64,000 nt of DNA from Acidobacteriota bacterium (GCA_003222635.1 QHWQ01000010.1:3334-67333), one strand, 5' to 3'. Positions 52,049 through 61,804 are shown, counted from the first letter of the stretch. The notes: generated from the sequence alone by a model not told the origin. A program made the numbers and translations.

Positions 52049-54259
52049 TTACTTCGTGGTCGTGGCCGGCGCCGTATTCAGCTTGATCGGCTGCACGAGC
52101 GCGCCGTTGCCCGCGATATCCCACGCCGCAAAGCGGACCCACTTCTTCCCCGTCGCATCGAACGGGATCTCGAAGTGTCGCGAGCTGAAACCGCCCGCTT
52201 CCGCCGTCGAGATGATCTGGCGATCCGTGTGCTGGCCGTCGCCCCACACGACCTCGACGAAGTCGAGCGGGAACGTCCACCCGACGTCGGCGACGATCTT
52301 TTTCTGATTGCCCGCGCCCTGGACGCTGTAATTCGGGATCAGAATCTCGCCCGTCGAGATGAAGTAGTCGCCGCGCTGCAGCACCTTGATGATCGAGCTC
52401 GTGTCGTCAGGCGTCGGCACCGAATCGAGCTTCAGGTAGTTGATCGGCTGGAAGCCGTAGATGTCGTCGCCCGGCGCCTGCGTCTGCACCTCCGAGATCG
52501 CCATGATGTATTTCGGCGGCGTCGGATCGTTGGCGAACCAGTTGCTCGCCTCGTCGAGCAGCGGCAGGCAGCGGTTCTCACAGAGGCGACGCTCGGAGCG
52601 ATCGATCCCCATGCCCCACCGGTAGCCGAAGCTCACGAAGTGCGGGTCCTTGAAGAACCACTTGTCCTTGTAGCCGTCCGGGTAGCCCGTATTGTTCTTC
52701 GTGCGCGGATGCGGCATCGACAGAATGATGTCCTCGCGCTTGGCCATCTCCATCAGATCTTCAGGGCTGCCGATGTTGTAGACCTTGCCGTACTTCGGAT
52801 GCTGCTCGACCAGCGGTTTGCCGTTGGCGCGTCCGTAGACCCAGTACACGGGGTGCGAGTAGAGCATGTCCGTGTGGCCGCCAAGCACACTGCCGTAGAA
52901 CTCGTGATCAGGCATCACGAGGAAGTCCTTGTCCGAATGCCGCTTCGCCCCATCGATCTGATACTCGTGCTGCGTCAGCACGGCCTCGGGCATCCGCTGC
53001 CCCGCTCCGCCGCCCACGCCGACGTTGTCCACCGGGCTGACGATGTTGATGCCGACGGCGCGGATGGCGGCCAGGTCGACGATCTCGGCATCGGCACTTC
53101 CCGCGGCCATCAACCGATTGCCGAAGTTCATGTGGTAGTGGTGGATCATCGTCTTGTAGCCGGGGATTGGCTTGTAGCGATCGCTGTGCGTGAAGGCGAG
53201 CACCGCATCGCGCGTCGCTTCGGCGGGCTCGGCGCTCACGTAATAGAAGACCGGCATGTGCTGCATCGTGCCGGGACGCGCGCTGTAGAGCGCGAAGTTG
53301 CCGCGGATGTTGTCCTTCTCCTCGCCGTCCGCCTGGCGCACGCCGAATGAGAACGTCGTGTCGCTGTCTTTCCGGTACCAGCTGTAGCCGAGGTTCTGAT
53401 CGCTTTCGCGCGCCCAGAAGAAGTTGTGCGGCGGCGGGAAGGCGGCAATTGATCCGGCGCGTCCACGTTCGGCGACGATCAGGCGGTTCGCAGTGTGCAG
53501 CGGCGCTTCACGATCGTTGTTCGCGCCGCCGAGTGCGTACTCCTGGCGGATGTTCGCCAGGTCGCGCCAGGTCACCTTGCTATCGGCGGTTGAGAGGCCC
53601 TTCAGTCCCGCGTCGTACTTGTAGGCGACCGAGTTCTGATCCGTCTTCGCGACGACCTCCTGCTGAATCAGGTTGCTCCCCTTGTAGACCGTGAACTGCA
53701 ACTGGCCGGCGAAGACACCAAGCGTGACGCCAGGGAACGTCACCGTCACGTGCGTCTTGTCCGTCTTCATCGTGCAGCTGTCCGCCTTGTAGGTCGCGGT
53801 CGCGCGGTGAACTTCCTCGGGCTTGCGCGGCAGACCGAGCGTCCGCGTGTCGCTCGCCTGGCCGCCGGGCACAAACAGCGGCGCGTCCCAGAACGGATCC
53901 CACTGATACTTCTCGAAGACCTCCGGCGTGATCTCCTTGATGCCGTTCTCCCGGAGTCCTTCAACAGCCTCGCCGTCGATTCGGCGGCGCCCGGACGCGA
54001 CGCGATACTCCGGCGTCACGTTCGAGGCGAGCGTGCCCCAGGCGCCCCCCTTTTTGCGCGCGGCGAGCTCCGCGATGGTCGGCGTCCCGTTGTCGATGGC
54101 GAACGTGAGCCGGAACTCCTGATTCCGGTCGCCATCCCACGTCAGCGTCAACCCGTTGCAGTCGGTCGACTGCGCGGAGACAACCGCGCCCTGCCACCGG
54201 ATGGACCCGCCGATCGTCCCGATAAACGCCAGCGCAAAAACGAGAAAGCCCTTTTTCAT
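52049..54259 (-). CDS. secreted protein of unknown function with PHP-like metal-binding motifs in the C-terminal half
   Basis: From ATG 54259 the protein reads MKKGFLVFALAFIGTIGG, a signal peptide. The motifs ...TMIHHYHMNFG..., ...DHEFYGSVLGGHTDML... and ...SMPHPRTK... follow. The PHP assignment is a weak motif-level call. Confidence 0.7.
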   Translation of the reverse strand: MKKGFLVFALAFIGTIGGSIRWQGAVVSAQSTDCNGLTLTWDGDRNQEFRLTFAIDNGTPTIAELAARKKGGAWGTLASNVTPEYRVASGRRRIDGEAVEGLRENGIKEITPEVFEKYQWDPFWDAPLFVPGGQASDTRTLGLPRKPEEVHRATATYKADSCTMKTDKTHVTVTFPGVTLGVFAGQLQFTVYKGSNLIQQEVVAKTDQNSVAYKYDAGLKGLSTADSKVTWRDLANIRQEYALGGANNDREAPLHTANRLIVAERGRAGSIAAFPPPHNFFWARESDQNLGYSWYRKDSDTTFSFGVRQADGEEKDNIRGNFALYSARPGTMQHMPVFYYVSAEPAEATRDAVLAFTHSDRYKPIPGYKTMIHHYHMNFGNRLMAAGSADAEIVDLAAIRAVGINIVSPVDNVGVGGGAGQRMPEAVLTQHEYQIDGAKRHSDKDFLVMPDHEFYGSVLGGHTDMLYSHPVYWVYGRANGKPLVEQHPKYGKVYNIGSPEDLMEMAKREDIILSMPHPRTKNNTGYPDGYKDKWFFKDPHFVSFGYRWGMGIDRSERRLCENRCLPLLDEASNWFANDPTPPKYIMAISEVQTQAPGDDIYGFQPINYLKLDSVPTPDDTSSIIKVLQRGDYFISTGEILIPNYSVQGAGNQKKIVADVGWTFPLDFVEVVWGDGQHTDRQIISTAEAGGFSSRHFEIPFDATGKKWVRFAAWDIAGNGALVQPIKLNTAPATTTK

Positions 54260-54338
54260 GGTGCTTAATATACGCGCTCGCCGTGCTAGTATCCCCAGCA
54301 AATTCTGCACGGAACCCCAATCTAGCGAGGAACAACCT

Positions 54339-57332
54339 ATGAACGCGCGGCGTTGGTTCGTGTGTGCGGCGACGGTGGCATCGCTGGTTCTTCCGGCTCT
54401 TTCCTACGGCCAGACCTCACAGAGCGCGCTGGCCGGTGTCGTCAAGGACACGACCGGTGCAGTCCTGCCCGGCGTGACCGTGGAAGCGGCAAGCCCTGCC
54501 CTCATCGAGCGCGTGCGCTCGGTCACCACCGATTCCTCCGGTCTGTATCGCATCGTCGATCTCCGGCCGGGCACCTACACGATCACGTTCACGCTTCCCG
54601 GCTTCAACACCGTCAAGGTCGAGAGCTTCGACCTGCGCGCCGACTTCGTCGCAACCGTCAACGCGGACATGAAGGTCGGCGAGCTGAACGAAACGATTAC
54701 CGTGACCGGTGAAGCGCCGCTCGTCGACGTGCAGAGCACGACGCGCGCCGCCGTCTACAACAAGGAGGTGATCGAGAGCCTGCCGAACAACCGGCAGATT
54801 CAGAGCCTCGCGCAGACGATCCCCGGCGTCATCGGCGGTCAGAACATCGACGGCCCTGCGTCGCGCAGCCTCTCGGTGCACGGCAGCCGCATCGCGGAAA
54901 CCAATAGCGCGATCGACGGCATGTCGGATCGCCGTGGAGCGGCGGGTGGCCAGGCCGTCACCTTCTACATGAACGAAGGCAGCGTGCAGGAGGTCAGCGT
55001 CCGCACGGATGGCGGCGACGCCGAGGCGCAGTACTCGGGCGTCTGGATGAACGCGATTCCCAAGGAAGGCGGCAACTCGTTCAACTGGAACATCACCGCG
55101 CTCTGGGCGAACAAGGATCTCTCCGCCAGCAACCTGTCGCAGGCCTACATCAATCAGGGGCTGACGGCGGTGAACGGCCTGAAGCGCACGTGGGATTTCA
55201 ATCCCAACGGCGGCGGCCCGCTCATCAAGGACAAGCTGTGGTTCTACGCCGCCTACCGCAACAACGAGATCGACAAGTACGTCGCCGACGCGTTCTACAA
55301 CACGAACCCGGCGGCGTGGCTGTATGTGCCCGACAAGGCGCGGCAGGCGGCCGACACGCAGATTCACCGCAACTACGCCGGGCGCCTGACGTGGCAGGCG
55401 ACGCCGCGCAACAAGTTCAACTTCAGCTACGAGAAGGATCGGCGTATCACCCCGCTCCGCCGCATCGCGTCCACCGTCTCGCCTGAAGCGACGACCTATA
55501 CGCCGTTCTATCCGAACGCGATCTCCACCATCGTGTGGCGCGTCCCGTACAACAGCAAGCTGCTCTTCGACACCGGCTTCATGTCGTACGTCCAGGACTG
55601 GGACGAGCGCCGGCAGATCAACCCGAAGGTCGGCTTCGACATGATCTCGGTGACGGAAGATTCGACCGGCCAGATCTACCGTGCGTCCACGGTCTACGGC
55701 CACAACTTCGACAACCCGGTCACGCTGCGTTCGTCGGCGGCCTACGTCACCGGCACGCACAGCTACAAGGTCGGGTTCATGCTGCGCGTGCGCGGCAACG
55801 GGCCGACCTACAACAACATCGACGTCAACGGGAACATGAACTACAACTTCCTGAACGGCGTCCCGCGCCGCATCACGCTGTATGCGACGCCCATCGCGCA
55901 GCGCAACGACGTGAAGGCCGACACCGGCATCTTCGCGCAGGATTCGTGGCCGATGAACCGGATGACGATCAACTACGGCATCCGCTACGACTACCTGCAC
56001 GTGCGTGTCCCCGCGCAGCATCTCGACGCCGGCCAGTTCGTCCCCGAGCGCAATTTCGCGCCGGTCGAGAACGCGCCGAAGTGGAACGACATCAACCCGC
56101 GCGTCGGCGTCTCGTATGACCTGTTCGGCACGGGCCGGACCGTCGCGAAGTTCACCGTCGGCCGCTACATCTCCGGCGGCAGCCTGGCGACCAACGTCAA
56201 CCCGGTGAACGCGTCGGTCAACAACGCCACGCGCACCTGGACCGACAGCAACGGCAACTACGCGCCGGACTGCGATTTCAGCAACTCCGCGACCAACGGC
56301 GAGTGCGGTCCGCTGTCGAACCTGAATTTCGGCAAGGTCAATCCGACCGCGACGCAGTTCGACAAGGAAGTGCTCGAGGGGTGGGGGGTGCGGCCGTACA
56401 ACTGGAGCGTCAGCGCGGGCGTGCAGCGCCAGATCGCCAGCGGCGCATCGATCGACGTCGCGTACTACCGCCGCTGGTACGGCAACTTCACCGTCGTCGA
56501 CAACCAGGCGGTGACGCCGGCCGACTACGATCAGTTCTGCGTCACCGCGCCTGGCAACGACTCGCGCCTCCCGGTTGCGGGACAGCAGATCTGCGGCTTC
56601 TACGACGTGAAGCCATCCAAGGTCGGACAGTCGCAGAACCTCGTGCGGCTGGCGAAGCACTACGGCGATCAGTCGGAGGTGTACAACGGCCTCGACTACT
56701 CGGTGAACTGGCGGCACCGCGGCCTGACGCTCTTCGCCGGCGCGACCACGGGCCGCACGGTCACGAGCCAGTGCTTCACGGTCGATGCGCCCGTGATCTA
56801 CCCGACGATCGTGGCGCCTGCACTGCCAACGGCGACGACGCCGATGGATCCGATGTCGAGCTGCAAGTCCGTCCCGCCGCTGCTCACGCAGTACAAAGGC
56901 TACGGCGTGTATCAGATGCCGTATGGCTTCAGCGTCAGCGGCACGTTCCAGGCGGTTCCGCAGCCGCAGAGCGGCGGTCAGTATCAGTCGATCACCGCGG
57001 ACTACGTGGCGACCAACGCCGAAATCCGGCCGACGCTCGGCCGCGATCTCTCCTCGGGCGCCAACGGGACGGTGACGGTGGATCTGCTGAAGCCGTTCGC
57101 GATGGTCGGCGGCCACAGCAAGCAGCTCGACATGCGCGTCGGCAAGGAGCTCTTCTCGGCAGGCAAAAAGCGCGTGCGTCTGTCGATGGATATCTATAAC
57201 GTGTTTAATTCGAGCGACTGGCAGACGCTCACGACCCGGCTCAGCAACAACGCCGCCGCGAACCGCTGGCAGCGGCCGACGCTGATCCTGCAGGCGCGAT
57301 ATCTCCAGATCGGGACGCAGATCGACTTTTAG
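54339..57332 (+). CDS. TonB-dependent receptor with N-terminal carboxypeptidase-regulatory-like domain
   Basis: From ATG 54339 (GAGG RBS) comes a signal peptide, then GVVKDTTGAVLPGVTVEA...SGLYRIVDLRPGTYTITFTLPGFNT (CarboxypepD_reg). A plug-like region (ITVTGEAPLVDV) and a long beta-barrel follow, ending ...ILQARYLQIGTQIDF, with a C-terminal aromatic residue. Confidence 0.88.
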   Translation: MNARRWFVCAATVASLVLPALSYGQTSQSALAGVVKDTTGAVLPGVTVEAASPALIERVRSVTTDSSGLYRIVDLRPGTYTITFTLPGFNTVKVESFDLRADFVATVNADMKVGELNETITVTGEAPLVDVQSTTRAAVYNKEVIESLPNNRQIQSLAQTIPGVIGGQNIDGPASRSLSVHGSRIAETNSAIDGMSDRRGAAGGQAVTFYMNEGSVQEVSVRTDGGDAEAQYSGVWMNAIPKEGGNSFNWNITALWANKDLSASNLSQAYINQGLTAVNGLKRTWDFNPNGGGPLIKDKLWFYAAYRNNEIDKYVADAFYNTNPAAWLYVPDKARQAADTQIHRNYAGRLTWQATPRNKFNFSYEKDRRITPLRRIASTVSPEATTYTPFYPNAISTIVWRVPYNSKLLFDTGFMSYVQDWDERRQINPKVGFDMISVTEDSTGQIYRASTVYGHNFDNPVTLRSSAAYVTGTHSYKVGFMLRVRGNGPTYNNIDVNGNMNYNFLNGVPRRITLYATPIAQRNDVKADTGIFAQDSWPMNRMTINYGIRYDYLHVRVPAQHLDAGQFVPERNFAPVENAPKWNDINPRVGVSYDLFGTGRTVAKFTVGRYISGGSLATNVNPVNASVNNATRTWTDSNGNYAPDCDFSNSATNGECGPLSNLNFGKVNPTATQFDKEVLEGWGVRPYNWSVSAGVQRQIASGASIDVAYYRRWYGNFTVVDNQAVTPADYDQFCVTAPGNDSRLPVAGQQICGFYDVKPSKVGQSQNLVRLAKHYGDQSEVYNGLDYSVNWRHRGLTLFAGATTGRTVTSQCFTVDAPVIYPTIVAPALPTATTPMDPMSSCKSVPPLLTQYKGYGVYQMPYGFSVSGTFQAVPQPQSGGQYQSITADYVATNAEIRPTLGRDLSSGANGTVTVDLLKPFAMVGGHSKQLDMRVGKELFSAGKKRVRLSMDIYNVFNSSDWQTLTTRLSNNAAANRWQRPTLILQARYLQIGTQIDF

Positions 57333-57452
57333 TTCGTAGTTGGTAGTTAGTAGTTGGTAGATCGTTGGTGGTTAGTGGTTGGTGGAAGTTGTTGGAATCG
57401 TAGAACAGTGATTTAAGCAACTACCAACTACCACCCACTAACTACTAACTAA
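57333..57452. repeat. low-complexity long inverted repeat (GTAGTTGG/TTAGTAG units)
   Basis: GTTCGTAGTTGGTAGTTAGTAGTTGGTAG...GGTTAGTGGTTGGTGG faces CAACTACCAACTACCACCCACTAACTACTAACTAA across a central segment of about 30 nt. The repeat fills the receptor-DUF6152 spacer. Confidence 0.7.
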
Positions 57453-57464
57453 AGGAGCCGTAAC

Positions 57465-57866
57465 ATGCGCAAGACAGTTCTCCTGGCGGCCGCGGCCATT
57501 CTTCTGGCGGCCGCGCCGTCAATCGCTCATCACGCGTTTTCGGCGGAGTTCGATCAGGCCAAGCCCGTGAAGGTGCAGGGCGAGATCAGCCGCCTCGAAT
57601 GGACCAACCCGCACGCGTGGCTCTTCATCGACTCCAAGGACGCGGCCGGCAAGCCCGTCACGTGGCGGTTCGAGATGGGCGCGCCCAACGCGCTGCTGCG
57701 CGCTGGCTGGTCGAAGAGCGACATCAAGCCGGGCACGCAGGTGACCGTCAGCGGCTTCCTCGCGCGCTCGGGCGGCTCGGTCGGCAACGCGTTCCAGGTG
57801 CGGCTGCCTGATGGACGCGATCTGTTCGCCGCCTCGTCTCTGAAGGACGCCGCGGAGAGCAAATAG
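57465..57866 (+). CDS. DUF6152-family secreted protein
   Basis: The signal peptide ends SIA|HHAFSAEFD. The motif ...RLEWTNPHAWLFID... follows. AAGGAG lies 7 nt upstream. Length 133 aa. Confidence 0.8.
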   Translation: MRKTVLLAAAAILLAAAPSIAHHAFSAEFDQAKPVKVQGEISRLEWTNPHAWLFIDSKDAAGKPVTWRFEMGAPNALLRAGWSKSDIKPGTQVTVSGFLARSGGSVGNAFQVRLPDGRDLFAASSLKDAAESK

Positions 57867-57940
57867 GTCCGCCTGAAGGCGCGTAGGTCCGCCTGAAGGC
57901 GGACACTACCGGCATTTGTAGTGTCCGGCTTGAGCCGGAC
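57864..57940. repeat. REP doublet with partial tandem duplication
   Basis: TAGGTCCGCCTGAAGGCG occurs twice (57864-57881 and 57884-57901). Then GTCCGCCtgaaGGCGGAC+ACTACCGG is followed by GTAGT+GTCCGGCttgaGCCGGAC at 57919-57940. Confidence 0.8.
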
Positions 57941-57956
57941 CACGGTGGAGGTCGTT

Positions 57957-58934
57957 GTGAGGAAGATTGCTAGAGGCGCGGCGTTGGCCGCGGCGATGAG
58001 CGTGTTGCTGACGCTGCCGCTCGGCGCCCAGGGTCGTCAGGGTCGTGGCAGTGGCGCGGGCGCGAAGGCGCCGGTGGCAGCAGGCGCGAAAGCGCCGGTG
58101 ACAAACGTGTCGCAGCGCGCATCGGCGGTCAAGCGGCTGTCCGACGGGACGCCCGACATCCGCGGCATCTGGGTGCGCGTCGGCGGCGGCATGAACGAGG
58201 CCGGTGCGCCCGACAGCGAGCTGAAGGCGTTCGGTGTGCTGTCAGAGCCGCAGGGCTTCGGGCAGGGGCTCGTCACCGCGGGCCCCGAGGGCGGCAAGAC
58301 CGAGGCGAAGCCGCCGAAGTTCATGCCGAACCCGCGGCCGCCGCAGGGGATCGTCGACCCCGCGGATCGCAAGCTCCCCTACACGGCCGAGGCGCGCACC
58401 AAGCGCATGGACTACGCGAAGAACATGTGCTGCCCCGCCAAGAACCTCGACTACCTCGAGCTGAGCGTGCGCTGCGCGCCGCCGCAGCCGTGGGCCGGCG
58501 GTGGCGTGACGATCTTCGAGAAGCCGGGACAGGAAGTCGCGATGCTCTTCGAGCAGAACCATCAGACGCGCGTCTTCTATCTCGACGGGCGTCCGCATCC
58601 GACGCCGGACATGGTCTTCTTCGGCGGACATACCACCGCCCATTGGGAAGGCGACACGCTCGTCGCCGACACGACCAATCTCGATGGGCGCGCGTACTAC
58701 GGCGTCGGCAACACCTTCGCGCCGTACAGCCGGCAGCTGCACATCACGGAGCGCTTCACCGTCGTCTCCGACAAGCTGATCACCTTCGTGATGACCTACG
58801 ACGATCCGAAGACGTTCACGCGGCCGGTGAAGGTGGCGGGCTACTTCTATCCGCAGGATCCGGACGAAGAGCTGACGCCCGAGTTCACCTGTCACGAAGG
58901 CAGCTATCAGCTGGAAGACATCTTCGGCTTCTGA
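57957..58934 (+). CDS. secreted protein, unknown function (paralog of 58972..59760)
   Basis: GTG 57957 has GGAGG 7 nt upstream and gives VRKIARGAALAAAMSVLLTLPLGAQ, a signal peptide. The track start at 57921 lies inside the REP. Motifs shared with the next gene: G.PD..G.W, HWEGDTLVADTTNL, DDPKTFTRPVK. Confidence 0.75.
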   Translation: MRKIARGAALAAAMSVLLTLPLGAQGRQGRGSGAGAKAPVAAGAKAPVTNVSQRASAVKRLSDGTPDIRGIWVRVGGGMNEAGAPDSELKAFGVLSEPQGFGQGLVTAGPEGGKTEAKPPKFMPNPRPPQGIVDPADRKLPYTAEARTKRMDYAKNMCCPAKNLDYLELSVRCAPPQPWAGGGVTIFEKPGQEVAMLFEQNHQTRVFYLDGRPHPTPDMVFFGGHTTAHWEGDTLVADTTNLDGRAYYGVGNTFAPYSRQLHITERFTVVSDKLITFVMTYDDPKTFTRPVKVAGYFYPQDPDEELTPEFTCHEGSYQLEDIFGF

Positions 58935-58971
58935 ACATGGAGCCGGGGGTCATTTTTAGAGGACACACATT

Positions 58972-59760
58972 TTGAAACGCGTCACTCTGTTAGCAACCGC
59001 GGCAATCGCGCTGTCGAGCGCTTTGGCGCTCGCGCAGGGCGCGCGCCCCGCGGCGATGCCGCGGACGCCCGAGGGGAAGCCGGACTTGAGCGGCATGTGG
59101 CAGTCGCTGAACACGGCGGCGTGGGATATCCAGAACCACAACTCGGATCTCGCCGGCTATCTCGGCGTGCCGCCGGGCAAAGGGATCGTCGAGGGCAACG
59201 AGATCCCCTACAAGCCCGACGCGCTCGCGCAGAAGAAGAAGAACTACGAGAAGCGCGACACCGAGGATCCCGCGTTCGCGAAGTGCTACCTGCCGGGCAT
59301 CCCGCGCGCCAACTACATGCCCTACCCGTTCGAGATCGTGCAGAACCCGAATCAGGTCGGCTTCCGCTACGAGTTCGCGCGCGCAGTGCGCGTCGTCGAT
59401 CTCACCGGCCACTCACGCGAGTGGCTCGAGGGCTGGCCCGACTTCTACATGGGTGATTCGCGCGGCAAGTGGGAGGGCGACACGCTGGTCGTCGACGTGC
59501 GCAAGCTGAGCGAGCGCACCTGGTTCGATCACGCCGGCAACTGGCACACCGAGAACATGCACGTGGTCGAGCGCTACACGCCGATCGACCGCGATCACAT
59601 CCAGTATGAGGCGACCGTCGAGGATCCGGACGTCTTCACCCGGCCGTGGAAGATCGGCTTCCCGCTCTATCGCGTCATCGACAAGCAGCCGGAAGTGTTC
59701 GAGTGGGATTGCCGGTTCGATCAGGACACGCGGAAGTACAAGGAAGCGGTTCCGAAATAA
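58972..59760 (+). CDS. secreted protein, unknown function (paralog of 57957..58934)
   Basis: The start is TTG with an AGAGGA RBS, followed by a signal peptide (MKRVTLLATAAIALSSALALAQG). Motifs: GKPDLSGMW, KWEGDTLVVDVRKL, EDPDVFTRPWK. Confidence 0.78.
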   Translation: MKRVTLLATAAIALSSALALAQGARPAAMPRTPEGKPDLSGMWQSLNTAAWDIQNHNSDLAGYLGVPPGKGIVEGNEIPYKPDALAQKKKNYEKRDTEDPAFAKCYLPGIPRANYMPYPFEIVQNPNQVGFRYEFARAVRVVDLTGHSREWLEGWPDFYMGDSRGKWEGDTLVVDVRKLSERTWFDHAGNWHTENMHVVERYTPIDRDHIQYEATVEDPDVFTRPWKIGFPLYRVIDKQPEVFEWDCRFDQDTRKYKEAVPK

Positions 59761-61800
59761 TCAACGCCCGGCCTGCGCCAACGCAGGCCGCGGCGTCAGC
59801 ACCACGCGCCAATTCTCGTAGTCGACCTGCGTCGGCACCTTGCCGATCTTCGACGGCGTGTAGCGGATCGTTCGCAGCAGCAATCCCGAATCCATGTCGA
59901 AGTACATGCTCACAAACGATCCCCGCGCGCCGTTGCCCTGCAGCAGGTAGACGAATTTCCCGTTGAGCTCGGTGACCGGTCCCACGCGCAGGCCACTCAA
60001 TGCGTGCGCGATGTTCGCCGGGAACGCCAGCTGCGCGTCGATGCGCGCACCATCGAGCTCACCGCCGGTCAACGGATACTTCGGCACGACGGCCAGCGGA
60101 ATCGCAAACCAGCCCGTGCGGCCGTCGAAGGTGCGGCTGCTCTCGCCGTCCGGCAGGTGGCTGAGCATGGCGCGCTTGTCCGGCGCCTGCGCGAAGTACT
60201 CGAAGTTGCCGCCGCCGCCGAAGCTGCCGAACGCGACCACCTTGCCCGTGCCGGTGATCGTGTTGATGCCCATCACCTTGTCCGCGCCGCCGAGCGCCTG
60301 CAGGTACTTGTCGAGCATCTGCGCCGGCGACGGCACGCCCTCGCCCTTCGACACCTGGTCATCGAGCTCGGATTCGGCCTCCGCGTAGAACCTGTCGAGT
60401 ACCGGCGTCTGGACCGGCGTCAGACGAAGGCGATGGCACGTCCAGCAGGTCACCACCTGCTGACCGTTGAAGTTATCGCGATTGATCGCCTGCACCATGG
60501 ACGCCATCTCCCGCGCACGCACCTTGCGCGGATTCTCGTCGGATTCCCAGACGACCTTGTCGGTGCCCGCGCCCGGGTGACAGTCGTTGCAGCAGAGGCC
60601 GAGCGAGGACGACATCAGCCCCATCGTTCCCATGAACTCGTCGACGGTGATCCCCTTGAGCACCTGGACGTTCTTGAAGACGTCCTCGACCATCACGGGG
60701 CCGCGCGTCTGTCCCGCCGCCCGTGCCCGCCCTTGCGCGATCGCCTGCGGCGACTGCGCCGCCGGCGACGGCGTCGTCCGGAATCCCTGGACCGTGAGCA
60801 GCGTGATCATCGCGAAGACGAAGATGAAGCTGCCGATGACAACTGGCCGCTGCCGTGGCGCGCGCTCGGGCCGCGTGTCGATGAACGGCAGCAGGAACAG
60901 GAGTGCGACGACGAGACCCGGGATGACGATGGTCGCGATCGGTTCGAGGCGCCCCGGGAAATGCTTCAGGAGCTCGAACAGGCTCATGAAGTACCACTCG
61001 GGCCGCGGGACGTAGGTGGCGTCGGTCGGATCCGCGACGTTGTCGAGCGGGGCGTTGAACGCGACCGCACACGTCAGCAGCAGCGCGAACACCACGGCGA
61101 TCGAAATCGTGTCCTTGATCGCGTGATACGGATAGAAGGGCGTCGCCGGCCCGGCGACCGGCTTGACCGGGCCGGAGATGCCATGACGGCGCAGCAGGTA
61201 GATGTGCGCGACCGTGAACGCGATTAAGGATGCAGGCAGCAGGAACACGTGCGCGGCGTACCAGCGCATCAACGTCAGCGCGCCGAGACCCGTCCCGCCC
61301 CTCAGCAATCCGCTCACGAAGTTGCCGACGAGCGGCGTGCTCCGCGCGATGTTCAGCGTGACGGTGGTCGCCCAGTACGCCTTCTGATCCCACGGCAGCA
61401 GATACCCGGTCAGCGCGAAACCGAGAATGATCAGCAGCAGCAGGACGCCGATCACCCAGTTCAGCTCGCGCGGCTTCTTGTACGAACCCAACGCCATCAC
61501 CCGCAGCATGTGCACGACCGCCGCGATGACGATGAAGCTGGCCCCGAAGAAATGCAGGCCGCGGAGGACGCGTCCGAACGTGACGCGCTCCATGATGAAG
61601 CGGATGCTGTCGTAGGCGTGGTCCGGCGAGGGCGAGTAGAAGATCGCGAGCAGCACGCCCGTGACGAGCTGCACCGTCAGCAGGAACATGACGATGCTGC
61701 CGGTGACGAACCACCAGCCGGTGCCGCTCGGCAGCGGCTCCTCGAGGAGATCTTTCAGGATTCCGCGAAAGCCGGTTCGATGGTCGAGCCAATCGCGCAT
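59761..61800 (-). CDS. cytochrome b (b6 + subunit IV) fused to a di-haem c-type cytochrome domain and a C-terminal beta-rich domain
   Basis: Haem-ligand His pairs are in LHFFGASFIVIAAVVHML and AAHVFLLPASLIAFTVAHIY, and the PEWY motif reads RPEWYF. Then VFKNVQVLKGITVDEFMGTMGLMSSSLGLCCNDCH and TCWTCH supply two CxxCH sites of reaction-centre cytochrome-c type. About 230 further residues are of unknown fold. Confidence 0.85.
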   Translation of the reverse strand: MRDWLDHRTGFRGILKDLLEEPLPSGTGWWFVTGSIVMFLLTVQLVTGVLLAIFYSPSPDHAYDSIRFIMERVTFGRVLRGLHFFGASFIVIAAVVHMLRVMALGSYKKPRELNWVIGVLLLLIILGFALTGYLLPWDQKAYWATTVTLNIARSTPLVGNFVSGLLRGGTGLGALTLMRWYAAHVFLLPASLIAFTVAHIYLLRRHGISGPVKPVAGPATPFYPYHAIKDTISIAVVFALLLTCAVAFNAPLDNVADPTDATYVPRPEWYFMSLFELLKHFPGRLEPIATIVIPGLVVALLFLLPFIDTRPERAPRQRPVVIGSFIFVFAMITLLTVQGFRTTPSPAAQSPQAIAQGRARAAGQTRGPVMVEDVFKNVQVLKGITVDEFMGTMGLMSSSLGLCCNDCHPGAGTDKVVWESDENPRKVRAREMASMVQAINRDNFNGQQVVTCWTCHRLRLTPVQTPVLDRFYAEAESELDDQVSKGEGVPSPAQMLDKYLQALGGADKVMGINTITGTGKVVAFGSFGGGGNFEYFAQAPDKRAMLSHLPDGESSRTFDGRTGWFAIPLAVVPKYPLTGGELDGARIDAQLAFPANIAHALSGLRVGPVTELNGKFVYLLQGNGARGSFVSMYFDMDSGLLLRTIRYTPSKIGKVPTQVDYENWRVVLTPRPALAQAGR

Positions 61801-61804
61801 ATGT

